Source of the DNA: Squalus acanthias
Lineage: Eukaryota
Direction: 5' to 3'
Assembly: GCA_030390025.1 (NCBI GenBank)
Contig: CM059425.1
Coordinates: 20,212,001 to 20,276,000 of the forward strand
Length of the DNA: 64,000 nt
Numbering within the stretch: the first letter of the stretch is position 1; each line of letters starts with the position of its first letter. Shown here piece by piece: positions 49,318 through 61,179 of the stretch. The notes beneath the pieces were generated by a model, which ran no database searches, had not been told where the DNA came from, and was given only the letters and a program-made list of their open reading frames with translations. The position numbers were made by a program, and so were the translations under genes.

Positions 49318-49655
49318 AAGAAAGAACCAGCATTTATACAGCGCCTTTCACGACCTGGGGACGTCCCTCGTGTATGCAACCAATGAAAGATTTTTCTGAA
49401 GTGGAGTTGCTGTTGTAATGTAGGGAAACGCGGCAGACAATTTGCGCTCAGCAGGGTCCCACAAACAGCAATGAGATAGCGACCGGATATTCTGTTTTTT
49501 TTTTAGTGATGTTGGTTGAGGGATAAAGGTTGGCCCAGGACACCGGGGAGAACTTCCCCCCATCGCCCCCGCTCTTCTTCGAAGTAGCGCATGTGGGATC
49601 TTTTTTGCGTCCACCTGAGAGGGCAGACGGGAGCCTCTGCTTAACGTCTCATTCT
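49318..49655 (-). mobile_element. SacSINE1-like, 5'-truncated
   Basis: gcatttatacagcgcctttcacgacc...cgtccacctgagagggcagacggg...ttaacgtctcat. Confidence 0.88.
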
Positions 49656-51009
49656 CACGGCTGCCTGACCGGATCGGCTGACTCAGGCCAGGGAGCAATC
49701 TTGGTCTCTGCGGCTCAGTTCTGCTCCAGGCAGTTAATTTACCTATTCGATGGTCGCTGTGTTTAAGGTAGCAGATCCTATAGACTAGAGCTGTTGTCTC
49801 AAGTGGGATTTTTTTTTTTTTTTTTAATGAGTGGCGAAAGGTTGGCAGATGCCAGATTCTAGAGCTGAACCACTGCGATGGACCATTTCTGCAACATCTT
49901 CTGTGTCAGTGGCAAATTTTGAGCTGCTAAATCCATCTCGTGGCTGGCAGTTTGGGCTAATTGGTTGACATTTTCTAGCTTCCGGCTATTTAAATCAACC
50001 CCTGTAACTTGTGCAGGCTTTGCGGGAACACAGCAGCTGCATTTTTGATTATTATTATGTCTTTTTTTTTTCTCTGTCCTTTTCCAAGGAAGGATATTAG
50101 TGACCAGTGCAAATTCAGTTCTGTAAGCTGAAGGGTAAGGCAGCCATTGTAGCGGAGGCCGGTGCAGGAGTTGCTGTGGGGTTTTTTTTTTCATATGGAA
50201 ATGCAGAATAATGGGGTGATTAAATAGAGCTGTATATAAAAGTACATCTGACATTAGAATTAGCATAATACTATGTAGCCTAAGGCTGAGGACTTTATTT
50301 GCCATCTGTGACTGAGCAAAATCCCCCCGGGGGCGGCTAAAATATTCTGAATAAACTCAACCCAAAGCCTTATTGAAAGTAAAATACCATTTCTGGCACA
50401 TCATATTGATTTTGCTTAATTGTGGTGCAGCTACGAACATTTAGTTACTGATGACTTTTGTACTGCGTGACAAGTCGGCCGGCGCCTTTCCGACTTGAGA
50501 GGATGGGTTTACACGGCTAGCTTTTGCCCCGCTATTGACAGAAAGGACTAATCCCTCGAACCCTCGCCTCCATATCTTTCCTCTCTGTTCAGGATTGTAA
50601 CCGAACGGGGATTATTATCCTTCATTTTAATTTTTTTAGTTGCTGTTGTTGATTTGGGGCTGGAGGGAAAGGAAAATGTTAAAAGTAAAGGACTGGCACT
50701 GGCTTTTAGAGGGAACTTCAGGAGGCTTTTCTGGTATGCAGGCCAAAAACTCCTGTTGACAAACACCCTTTAAAACTTGTCCTGTGATGCAGGATTGGGA
50801 CAATTACATGAAAAAAAAATTTTTTTTTTGGTGCATTCACTCATTTTGCCAGACTCTCTCGACTGAAAACCGTGTTGTGTCGCTTGTACTTTGGTCACTA
50901 TTTCTCTGTACCTCATGCTGGGCTGCATTATATTATAGGTTGCCAGGAGGCACCTAGGCAACAAGTGTCCGCTGGCTGTTCCACCATCGAGCCATCACAT
51001 CCCAGCCTG

Positions 51010-51172
51010 TTTCCCGTCGTCACCAGGCATTCACTGATGCCCGTTTTTTTCCCCGATAAGGCAGGAAGCCCCGGGCTGATTTTCACGCCCCCCACCCCCC
51101 CCGCCCATCTCTAGGCAGGGCATCCTGAGACCAATGGTCACCCCCCCCCCCCCCCGGCTGTGATCAGCTGTG
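51010..51172 (-). mobile_element. AmnSINE2-like fragment
   Basis: gcaggaagccccgggctgattttc...gagaccaatggtcaccc...ggctgtgatcagct. Confidence 0.5.
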
Positions 51173-51200
51173 TCGTCGATAATACAAACTTGGAGCGGCG

Positions 51201-51323
51201 AAGAACATGAGAAATAGGAGCAGGCTCAAAGGGCCAAATGGCCTACTTATTTCTTATGTTCTTAGTCTCCTAAGAAGCTGCCCGGGCCATAAGAACATAA
51301 GAAATAGGAGCAGGAGTAAGGCC
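51201..51323. mobile_element. Cluster of CR1 3'-tail micro-fragments in both orientations
   Basis: aagaacatgagaaataggagcagg...tggcctacttatttcttatgttctt, then cataagaacataagaaataggagcaggagtaaggcc. Confidence 0.8.
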
Positions 51324-52351
51324 AGTTTCTATCTTGCCCGGGCAGCGGGAGACCTGCGGCGATTTTTAACCACCAGGCCTCATCTAAATGCCACCGGTCC
51401 ACTCCCCGGCCCGGAATAAGCGGGATGGGGGGCGGGGGGGGGGGCACAGAGCAACTGCTGCCTCCCGCAGATCAGGCGACTCGGCACGCAGGCATGGGGG
51501 AGAGGAGGAAAAGCCCGTCCGGCCTCATCCTTACCTGCACTCGACGTGAGGGCCGAACCGCCGCAGAACTCCTGCTGTGCTCCCTGAACTGTGACGCCTC
51601 ATATCCTGCAGGGGCCAAAGGTCAGCAGTCAGATTAATTCTCTCGTAGTATATATTCAATTAGCCTACTGATTTAAGAAAACAACCTTTCAAAGTACAGC
51701 TTGCCCATCCTCCTCCCCCCCACCCCCCCCAGATTTTCCCATCCCCTGTGAATGCACAGGGCTTTGCATCCATTATTTGTACCACTGAACTTCACCTCGC
51801 ATCATTAGGCTTCTCCTGTTTAATGTGCACATTTTGGCTGTACGGTTGGTTTGAAGTCGTATGTGGGACCTTCAAACTGGCTGCATTTTAATTTGTGCAT
51901 CGGAGGAAACAGCTGCACTGGGCGCTGAAAATCTACGCAGCCAATGCTGAATTTGTTGCTGCATTCCCCCGCCCCCCGCCACCCACCACACACACATTTT
52001 TCCCCTCCTCAAAAGGCACTGGCTCTTGCTGGGGTAAATCCCAGCAGGTAAAAGATATCCCGCTCTCACCTGATGTCCATACTGTCCACCACCGGGGGGG
52101 TAACTGGCTAGCAATCGGGACGGGATCCCGAGCCAACTTTAGTTACCCCCCTGCCCCCCCGCAATCTCTGGATAGTGACTGTACCCGCTACGCCGCTGTT
52201 GGAATTCTTCCACATTTTAAAATCTCTGGGGAGTAAATTGGCCCAAGTGGGGCATTGACTGGTGTCTTGCTCTTTGTCGACAGCAGCCTGGGAAATCCCA
52301 GCAACCTGTCTCAGTTATCAGTTGGTCGCAGCTTCTTGCGTCATATCACTT

Positions 52352-52744
52352 GGGGTACGATAGTGCAGTTACTGGACCAGTAATCCAGAGACGCGGACGG
52401 AGAATGCGAGCTCAGATCCTACTGCGGTAGTTTGTAGAACTTGAATTCAGATTTAAAAAGCTGGTCTCAGTTAAAGTGACCGGGAAGCTGTGGGATCGTC
52501 GTAAGAATCCAACTGGTTCACTAACTTCCTTTAGGGAAGGAAACCTGTCGTCCTTACCCGGTCTGGCCTATCTGTGACTCCAGTCCCACACCAACCACTC
52601 TGAAGTGGGCACTCAGTTGTATCAAACTGTTACTAACGGCTTAAGGAGAAGGCCCACCACCACCACCACCTCAGGAAACTAGGAATGGGCAATTAATGCC
52701 GGCCTTGCCAGCGACGCCCACATCCCAAGAATACATGTTAAAAA
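52352..52744 (+). mobile_element. Third-family tRNA-headed SINE
   Basis: ggggtacgatagtg...ttactggaccagtaatccagag...ctttagggaaggaaacctgtcgtccttacccggtctggcctatctgtgactccag...gccggccttgccagcgacgcccacatccc. Confidence 0.85.
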
Positions 52745-52864
52745 TTGGGGATTCCAAAAGCACCTGTTCCCTGAATTCAGCAGTTGTCCGAGTTCAAATG
52801 CCATTTGCTCTAATCAAGCGCTGATGATGTGAATGCTTCAGGAGTTTTGGCTTTTCACAAATGA

Positions 52865-53108
52865 GGTGGCTATTGAGCAGTCCATGAGGGTCCCAGGTCA
52901 GTTTCTGCCCCCCCCCCCCGCCTCCCCAGTCTGCACAGAGTTAGTCGGCCTCGGGTCTGAAAGTGCGAGTGCCTGGATGTCCGGTGGGGACAGAATCGGG
53001 GGGGCAGCTGTGATGCTGCAGGTAGCCTCTTGACACTCATTGACTCGGAACCAAAGGCAGCCAGTGCCCACATTGAGTCAGTGCCTTTCGGAAATGAGGG
53101 TGAAAAAA
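52865..53108 (+). mobile_element. AmnSINE2-like, internally deleted
   Basis: gggtcccaggtc...cagtctgcacagagttag...gaaagtgcgagtg...ggggacagaatcggg...gctgtgatg...tagcctcttgacactca. Confidence 0.55.
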
Positions 53109-53236
53109 AGATGTAGCTTTGACATTTGGACCATAAAATATGTTTAATTTTCAACCCCAAGCTCTCGTCACAACCTGACGTTCATTTGTCTAGGTTTAGT
53201 CATGTCAGGACAGAAAAGGAAACAGGCCAAGGAATC

Positions 53237-53458
53237 AGTTTGCATATCACTCAGATGAGCAGTCTGATCAAGAGAAGATTTTGGACTTGGCAGAGGGTCC
53301 AGAGAGGGCACCTAACCCGCCACTTTCAGTTCTTCTTCCCCGCCCCATCCCAGCCCACCCTTTGAAGAAATACTAGCATTAAAGTACAGTAGTATTCAAG
53401 GTTTGGGGTAGAAGGTAACCACGGTACATCCGGACAGTACACGCTGCATACTAAAGCT
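53237..53458 (+). repeat. Copy 2 of the unclassified direct repeat
   Basis: agtttgcatatcact...cagtctgatcaagaga...tgaagaaatac.agcattaaagt.cagtagta..caaggtttgggg.agaaggtaaccac...ctgcatactaa shared with 47997-48239. Confidence 0.9.
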
Positions 53459-53977
53459 CCACCCACTGCGTGTGAGACCAGAGGAAATTATACAGGGCTC
53501 ACTGTGGTCTGGCACTAGTCTATCTTGCTTAACTATAAAGGCAATTGGTCATGTAATTTTCTTTTGTAAAATACATTTCTGGAGGGCACTGATTACCAGT
53601 AAAACAAAGACATATTCCACTGTCCAGAATTTCTTGCATCTTTTGAAGAAGGAGAGGTTGATAAGTTTTTATTGTCCATTACTGAGAGTGCAGTGCAGTT
53701 TGGTAGCATCACTGCGTCCCTCTACTTTTTAATTAGGTCACTTGCCGTTGATATTTCACTGTTGTGAATAATGTCCATTAAGTCACTGCTGTCTTGTTTG
53801 CTTCCAGAGTAGAATTGTTAGTATTAAGATAAAAAGAATTGCAAATAGTGGAAGTCTGAAAGCGAAACAAAAATGCATGGCAGGTCCAGCAGCCTCTGCA
53901 AAGGAGGTGGATTTATTATTTGCGCCCTTTATCAGAACTCAAGCAAGTATTCACTTGTAGTTGCAGAAACTCAGGGA

Positions 53978-54440
53978 AAAAAAGAACACGAGTTTACATA
54001 GCAGCTTACCCCTTCCTGGGGATGTCCCATCAACGAAGCTCTTTTGAAGTCTAGTTACTGTTGTAATGTGGCCAAATGCAGCAGCCGATTCTGTGTGCAA
54101 ACAGCAAATGAGGTAAATGACCAGTTAGCCCGTTTTTTTGCTGGCGTTGGTCAAGTGAGGAAAGTTGGCCAGGAACACCAGGAGAACTTCTTCAAATAGG
54201 ACCACGGTTCCAGCTGAGCATGTAGAAGAGGCCACCCCGGTGGGTGGGGGCGCGAAGCGGGGGAGGGGGAGGTGGTTAACATCTCACGTGAAAGAGGGCA
54301 CCTCTGACGTCTTGGCACTCCTTCAACGCTGCGCCAAAGAGTCAGCCTGGATTATTCGCTGCTGGAGACCCGGCGCGACGCTTGAACTCACAACCTCCTT
54401 GACTCGGAGGCGAGAGTGCTACCAAGTGAACGAAGCCGAC
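53978..54440 (-). mobile_element. Old SacSINE1-like copy, near full length
   Basis: cttttgaagtctagttactgttgtaatgtg...ttggccaggaacaccaggagaact...ttaacatctca...cttgaactcacaacctccttgactcggaggcgagagtgctacc. Confidence 0.78.
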
Positions 54441-56974
54441 ACCAGGAGAAAAGGATTGGGTGTCTGCTCCGAGTCAGATTGAGTAAGCAGCGACATAGTC
54501 CCACTCTGAAGTTACAATATTTTATTGTGTTTCAGGTCAGAAGGCTGACCTTTAATTTAATAGACAAATGAGACAAATTTACTAGTGCTCCGTTGCCACT
54601 TTTTTCTGTTTTATAAATCCCACAAGACCCAACACTCTCAACATCACATCATTCAGCACTGCATACATACATTATCATTTGTTTGCTCTGCCCCATTAAT
54701 GACTCCCCTCTGTATTTGCTAACCTATATAATGTGGCTATGAGACTGTGTCTGTGTAATGTCAATTACCACTTAGTTGCTAAATGTATGCTCTGCATAGC
54801 TCCATTAAAATTAAAATACTGTCTGTACATTGGCTCGTGGGATTAGGCAGGAGGTTTGTGTAGATTTACTACGGTGGGAGCTAATGGAAAACATAACTGT
54901 TAACAATCTGAGGTTTTCAATTAGCCATTCTCTGATTGATTTTTATGAAATCTCATCGGCTGATAACTATGCATCGCTGAGCTAACCGCAGCACACGCTG
55001 GGATATCAACAATTTTTTAATTTAAAAAAATATATAAAACCACATTTATACCTAGCAAGGTAAAAAAACAAAAGTAGCAAGTTCTGAAGGAATACTGCAT
55101 CTGCAGTATTTTGCTTTTGTGCTGCTGGAGAAATACGAAGCCTTTTGTAAGTGTTCCTGACAATAGTGTTCCTTTACTGCATGTTTCATAAACCCTGTAC
55201 CAAAATTGAATTATTCCTGGCTTGAATTCGTGAGACGGGACTTTGCAATTTTACTTTTGCCAATTGAGTCTTATTGTACTCGCGCCGAGCGTTGGATCAG
55301 GAGGTCTGTCCAATCTTACAGGAACTTGCTTTAACACAATAGCTGGGTCACTGGTTCATGGTAACTGAAAAAGTCCAGTTCCATCTTTATATACAAGGGA
55401 TTTTTCACCGCTATTTTGCAGTTGCATTCTGTGAATTTGCCTGTTTTCCCCTGAAAACCATTAGGCTCGATAATTGCACATGGTTTAAGCGAGCTCTCCT
55501 ACGTGACATAAAGGTCGATGTATTTAACAGTTTATTTCTGGATTATACACTCTTTTTCTCCTGTTGGCATGTATCAAAGCTGCTGAAATACAGAGAGTCC
55601 AAAGTTAAAACTTCACCAAAGTGCATGAAAGAATTTCCCTGCAGAGCTGAGCAAACCGAACCAGCGCCCCCTTCAGGAGATCTGACAGACATGGATCTGT
55701 AAACTTCCCTTCTGCAGAAGAACTATCAGAACATGTCAAAGTAATAGTAAATTATCAGGATTTAAAAGGTGGAATTTTATTCAACAGGCTTTGCTTATAT
55801 CTAGATAAATACATTGGTGAAGGGTATCTCGATGAATAACCAAAGTCTGAAAATTGTATCTGTAGTTATCTGTGAAAGAAATATGGGACGCACTTGGTCC
55901 TTCACTGATTCTCCATGCATCATTGTCTGAAATAAATCTGTCAACGTAAAGGGAGCCAAATGTGTCGCCCTTTGAAGGTCTTGCCTTATAGGGTAACCCG
56001 TTTCAATTATGAACAATGAGCCTGAATACAGAGCGTGAGAGAGCGATCGTGTCTTGGCTTGTTTTCTGAATTCAACGAGGTGTATTTTATCAGTTCGCCA
56101 CAGGTCTGCTGGAGGACCACGGGATCTTTCCATGCCAGGCAATGGCGGTGGAGGGGGAGGGGGAGGGGGATGGCTGGCCGAGGTTTAGTGGCGGCGAGTA
56201 CTACATTCGCCCCCGCCAGCCGTCAGTCGGTCGCGAGCCTCATTCCCATCATTAGGCTGAAGGGACGGGATAGGGAGGGGTGGCACCTGAAGGGGATCGT
56301 GGCCACCCTTTGATCAAACTACTTTAAAAAAAAACTTTGCCGTGAATTTACTGTACTGATATCAATTAAAAGCTCACTCGCTTGGAGTTTATTTCTTGCA
56401 TATTTCTCAAAAAGCTAAAATTCAAAATCTGTCAGCCAATAAGTTCACCTTTAACTGCTGATAGATTTTTCTCCCCCCCCCCCCTCCCCCCCCTGCTGCA
56501 TTCCAACAAATTCAAAAAGAAAACTCTGGGTGCTCATGGCATCATTAGGGAGCTGGTTTGAAGGAAGAGTTGAGACCAACAGTGTGGGTTAGCTGAATTA
56601 ACATCACTATTCCGGGTTAATGACTAGCTCTTACTGATGGTTTAATGACTCGCTCTCTTACTGATGGTTCAGCTCTCTTGTGCTGTGGGGATCACTTGCT
56701 TCTCCGGGTCAGCACTCCAGTGATACCTTGAAATGTCACCCTTTTAAAACAAAAATGTGAACAAAGCAAATTGCATTAAGGTTGCTGATAATTCTTTGTA
56801 AACCGGTACACCTAGTATATCGTGCTTAGTGCGATGGATTCGCTGTTCACTCTGGGCTTGAATCATTGTTGCGTTTTCCCTTGAGTTTCACCTATATCAA
56901 AAATGTAATTGCTTTGTATAGCCCAGTAGGGGCAATGATTTCTGCATTAAAGAATACAATGATTAACTGATACA

Positions 56975-57335
56975 GGAATCCCAGTGGCTCAGGAGCAACG
57001 TGCCTGTCTCTGAGCCTCACAGACCAGTAGGGTTGCAGGCTCAATCTGTGGCATTAGATGACCAGGGAGTGGTAGGGCGTTAAGATTGACCGCAGTGCCC
57101 TTGGGTTAGAGAGGGGGGGGAAATTACCACGGTTTCCGTTCCTGATTCGCTGTACAGCAACCCCCTTTATGTAAGTGCGCATGTGTCCAGGCAGGTCCCG
57201 GCATGGTCAGCTAGCCTGCCAGCATTCACTGTCGAGGGTCACACGTGAGTAAAGGTCACTTGGCCACCGTATCCAGGAAGAGCCAGGATCCCAGGGAGAC
57301 CTCCAAGACAGGAGGGGCGAGGAGGGAAGAAATTA
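56975..57335 (+). mobile_element. AmnSINE2-like SINE, near full length, diverged
   Basis: tcccagtggctcag...tgagcctcacagaccag...cagtgcccttgggttagagaggg...ttccgttcctgattcgctg...tagcctgccagcattcactgtcgagggtcacacgtgag...ggtcacttgg. Confidence 0.65.
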
Positions 57336-57684
57336 GAGAGAAAATAGGAAAAATCCAACTGGTTAGATGTCACGTGGCCTCTCGGCGAGGTGCATTCAAA
57401 CTAAATGTGGTGTTTTCTTTATTGGTACAAACCGCATCAAGGACCTCTTATTCTTATACTTATAAATGTAAATATTAAAGAAGAGAACCAGCATTTCGAA
57501 ATTTAATAAGCATATACCATTTGATCTAATACCTATTGGGAGAGTGTAGCAACAACTTTGTGCACAATCACTGCAGACTCTTTTTAGGACCAGTAAAAGA
57601 CTATTAAACCAAACAAACCCATTGCTTAGATCAACCCCGCCTACCCACTTGCTCATTCCCTTCTCTCTCCAGAACATAGGATTC

Positions 57685-57930
57685 AGAAGCCAAGGGATAT
57701 CATTTAAAAATTAGGAGTGATCAGAGAATTCCTGCAAATGGTAGTGGGCGTATGGAATAAGTTACAAGGGAAAACCTTTGAAACAAATGCTACAGGTTTA
57801 GGAGACAGCTAGATGTATTTCTTGAGAAGCAAGGGGATGGAGGGGTATGGTGAGAGGGTGGAAAATGGGTTGAATTCAGTCAAAAAAGCTGGTGAGCCTG
57901 ATTGGCCGAATGGTCTCTTCCAGTTCCTGC
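57685..57930 (+). mobile_element. Old CR1 3' end
   Basis: caagggatatcatttaaaa...gtagtgggcgtatggaataagttac...cagctagatgtattt...gaggggtatgg...tggccgaatggtctcttcc. Confidence 0.72.
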
Positions 57931-60034
57931 GGCTTGATGCCAAGGGCACGCTTTTGAAGTGACAAGAGGTTCACAGTGCATGGCATTGTTTTTCTCCATA
58001 GAGCTGACTGATCTGTACAGATCTACCGCCGGTACTGTGCTGAAGAGATCTGAGAGAACTTAGTTGGAAATGTTTAAAAGCATCTTTGTGGAAATGCTGG
58101 CGGGGTAGCCGTGAGAGCGTTTTCTAGGGTCAGCAAGAAGATATCAAAACTCAATTCATTTAGAGAATGCTGATTACATTGTAAGTTCACCTCTGGAACA
58201 CTTCTAATGAAAAAGCCATGTGTTAGGTGGATGTGTGTATTTTCAAGTGGGGGCCCTTGCTTGTTTCTAAAGACACTGTATATTTTACTTTCTTATTTCT
58301 CTTGGCTACACGTCAATCTGAACCTGTCAAAAGCTGTTGCCCAGTCGAATGGCTCACACTGAATTTCAGCAATGTGAGGAGACAAAGTCCCAAATCAACA
58401 AAATAAATATTCTTTGCACTATGTTTTGTTTTAACAACTATACAATGTATATACTTTAAGGTGGCGGGGGCGGGGGGGGGGGAAGAGGAGGAGGAAGGCA
58501 AGGTTCGTTCTTGAGCTGGCAATTTTCTCATCCACCTATCATTTTGAACAACTTGGAAGGGAGGGTTAAGTCCTGTCAGTAAAAGATAAAGAATTAGGCT
58601 ATCATATTAACACAATGTACTGGGACAGCCTTAATGAAAAAACATTAATGGCATTCTTCATTGAGTAGTGCAGCAGTGAGCAGGTCATTAAAGTTCCCCT
58701 CATCAGGAACCATATGGAAATGGCTGTAGAGATCTCCAGTAAATTTTTAGAAGTATAATTGAACAGCTGTCTCTGATTAATTGATTAATTCAAAGCCAGG
58801 AGAAGCAGGTAAAACCCAAGGTGAAGGATGCGGCTGCACATTAAATGGATAGAATACCACTCCTGGGACCTCCTTACAGGTCCTATGTTGTGAGGATGCA
58901 GTCGGTCGACAGTGTTAATATGGAGCTGGCGGCTCCTGTGACTGGAGCTCGAGAGGACTGGGGTCTGCTCGGATAACATGCTTTAATTCAGAAGCTGATT
59001 GCGACCGTTTCTACAGGGCAGATGAGCATTTGCAGCAGCCGACAGCGAGATGTTTCTGCTGTGCGTGCTTTGTGACTTGGAATTTATTTATTTTCTCTTA
59101 AAATAAGTCCATTTATTTGAGCCACCACTATACACAATTTGCGTCACAGCGCACATTTCGGATTAAAATCCAAGATTAAAAGCAACGGCCGATGAAGGCT
59201 GCCAGCTAGCTGCTGCTCTGAAGCACCTTACTGTCAACCAGAAGGCCAACGTTTGGAGCACGCTCTCCCATTCACGCTCGGGATTACGTTGGTCAGGTTG
59301 TCAAGAGGAGAGGAGGATGGAAGTTCTCTCCTGGACTGGTCACACGCAGCATCTTGTGACTTGACCAAGGGAACGTTCTGTTTATTGCATCTGTGGAGAT
59401 AAGTGCAGACTGGACCATGCTAGCTAAGGGGGGGGGGCGGGGGGGGGGTGGTAATATGAGCATGGGGCCGAGATAACAGGCTTGGGGGCGAAGGAGAGGG
59501 GTTAAAATTGAGGGAGGCAGCAGAGTTATAACAGCAAGAGGAACCATTCCATAAGGAAACTCTGTTTCATTCCTGCTTGTCTTCCAAGTACTGACTGACT
59601 AAGATATCTTGCTGCAGTGTATCAACGGCTGCAATAAATTGAGCTGTAAGAATGCAGCTGATTTGGCGAGGACTGACTGGTCTAAACAGTTGACCTCTGT
59701 GACTGTTAGAGGTCTCTGGTTTATATTCATTTACCAGCAGAGATAATGCTACATGATTCAGTCCATGCTTTGTTTGCTAATTATTGAAAAATAGCTTTTG
59801 GATGTCTGTGTATTATAATTGATTCTGTCACAGCATTAGATTAAACTAATAGAAAATTGACTTTCATTGAAATTTAAAAGTGATGAGAGCAGCTACACAC
59901 ACCATCCTACAATCTCTCTCTCTCTCTCCCGCACCCCTGTTGTGTTAAAGTCAAGACACATCACGCTACTCTAACTCAGCCTTCTGAAGACTTCAACACT
60001 GGAATTCCTTGCTTGCGTCAGTCGTCCCTCCCGC

Positions 60035-60280
60035 TAGAATGATACCGCCCAGAAGGAGGCCATTCGGCCCATCGTGCCCCTGCCAGCTCTTTGTCCAATT
60101 AGTCCCACTCCCCCGCTCTTTCTCCACAGCCCTGCAATTCGTTCTTTTTCGAGCATTTATCCAATTCCCTTTGGAAAGTTACTATTGAACCTGCTTGCTC
60201 CACCCTTTCAGGCAGTGCCGTTCCAGATCACGACAACTCACCGCGTAAAATTTTAAAAAAATGTTCTCCCCATCTCCCCT
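60035..60280 (-). mobile_element. CR1/HER1 3' end
   Basis: cagaaggaggccattcggcccatcgtg...ccaattagtcccactcccc...ccctttcaggcagtgccgttccagatc. Confidence 0.85.
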
Positions 60281-60702
60281 CTTTACAGGCTTGCTGTCCC
60301 CGAACTGCGATTTTCTGATTTATCCTTTCTTTTTATTCCTACTTGTTTCAGCAACTTGGCGAGGCCTCTGCACAACACCCCTCGGTCTTCAAATAAGATT
60401 TTCGCATTCCTGCACCTGGGGCTATCGGATCACCTGGGCGCACGGAGTTAAGGGAACATTGGGCAGGGAGGAGCACACTCCCCTACCTGAGCCTGGACAA
60501 TTTTTTTTTTCCCCCCCATCCATTTATTTAAAGGGCTGGAAAATCAGGGAGGTTCCCCACTGGCCATATGATCTTCCCTGCTGTGATTTTACCTGCATTT
60601 CCTACACATACCAGTGGTCCAATAGCTGTAGGGGCAGGAACAGGAAGATCCACTCAAGTTAGATCATGTTGTCTTCCACTGATTGTGGGATTGAGCCTGG
60701 TG

Positions 60703-61172
60703 CCCTACTCGCACCAAGTCCCGTTCACCTATCGCCCCAATGGCTAACCTACATTGGCTCTCATTCCAGCCACGCCTCGAATTTAAAATTCTCATCCTAT
60801 TGTTACAAATCGCTCCATGGCCTCGCCCCTCCCTATCTCTGTAACCTCCTCCAGCCCCTACGACCCTCTGAGATCTCTGCACTCCTCCAATAACGGCCTC
60901 TTGCGCATCCCCCGATTTCCATCGCCCCACCATTGGCGGCCGTGCCTTCAGCTGCCTGGGCCCCGAGCTCTGACTTCCCTCCCTAAAGCTCGTCACCTCT
61001 CCACCTCTCTCTCCTCCTTTAAGACCCTCCTTAAAACCTACCTCTGTGACCAAGTCACCTTTTATAATGTTTCCTTATGTGGCTCGGTGTCAAATTCTGC
61101 CTGATAACACTCCTGTGAAGCGCCGTGGGACGTTTTACTACGTTAAAAGTGCTATATAAATGCAAGTTGTTG
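60703..61172 (+). mobile_element. L2 LINE 3' end abutting the exon acceptor region
   Basis: ctcgcaccaagtcccgttcacc...ccattggcggccgtgccttcagc...FKTLLKTYL; terminus gtgctatataaatgcaagttgttg. Confidence 0.92.
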
Positions 61173-61179
61173 GTGATAC

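Noticed and set aside
56617-56680. Short tandem duplications (also 14554-14585, 26762-26795)
   Set aside because: Ordinary 12-27-bp slippage duplications with no further structure.
1-61000. Homologue of the mammalian alternative BCL11B exon 3 or of exon 2
   Set aside because: No matching peptide seen in the ORF track or by eye; a short diverged exon cannot be excluded without tBLASTn or RNA-seq.
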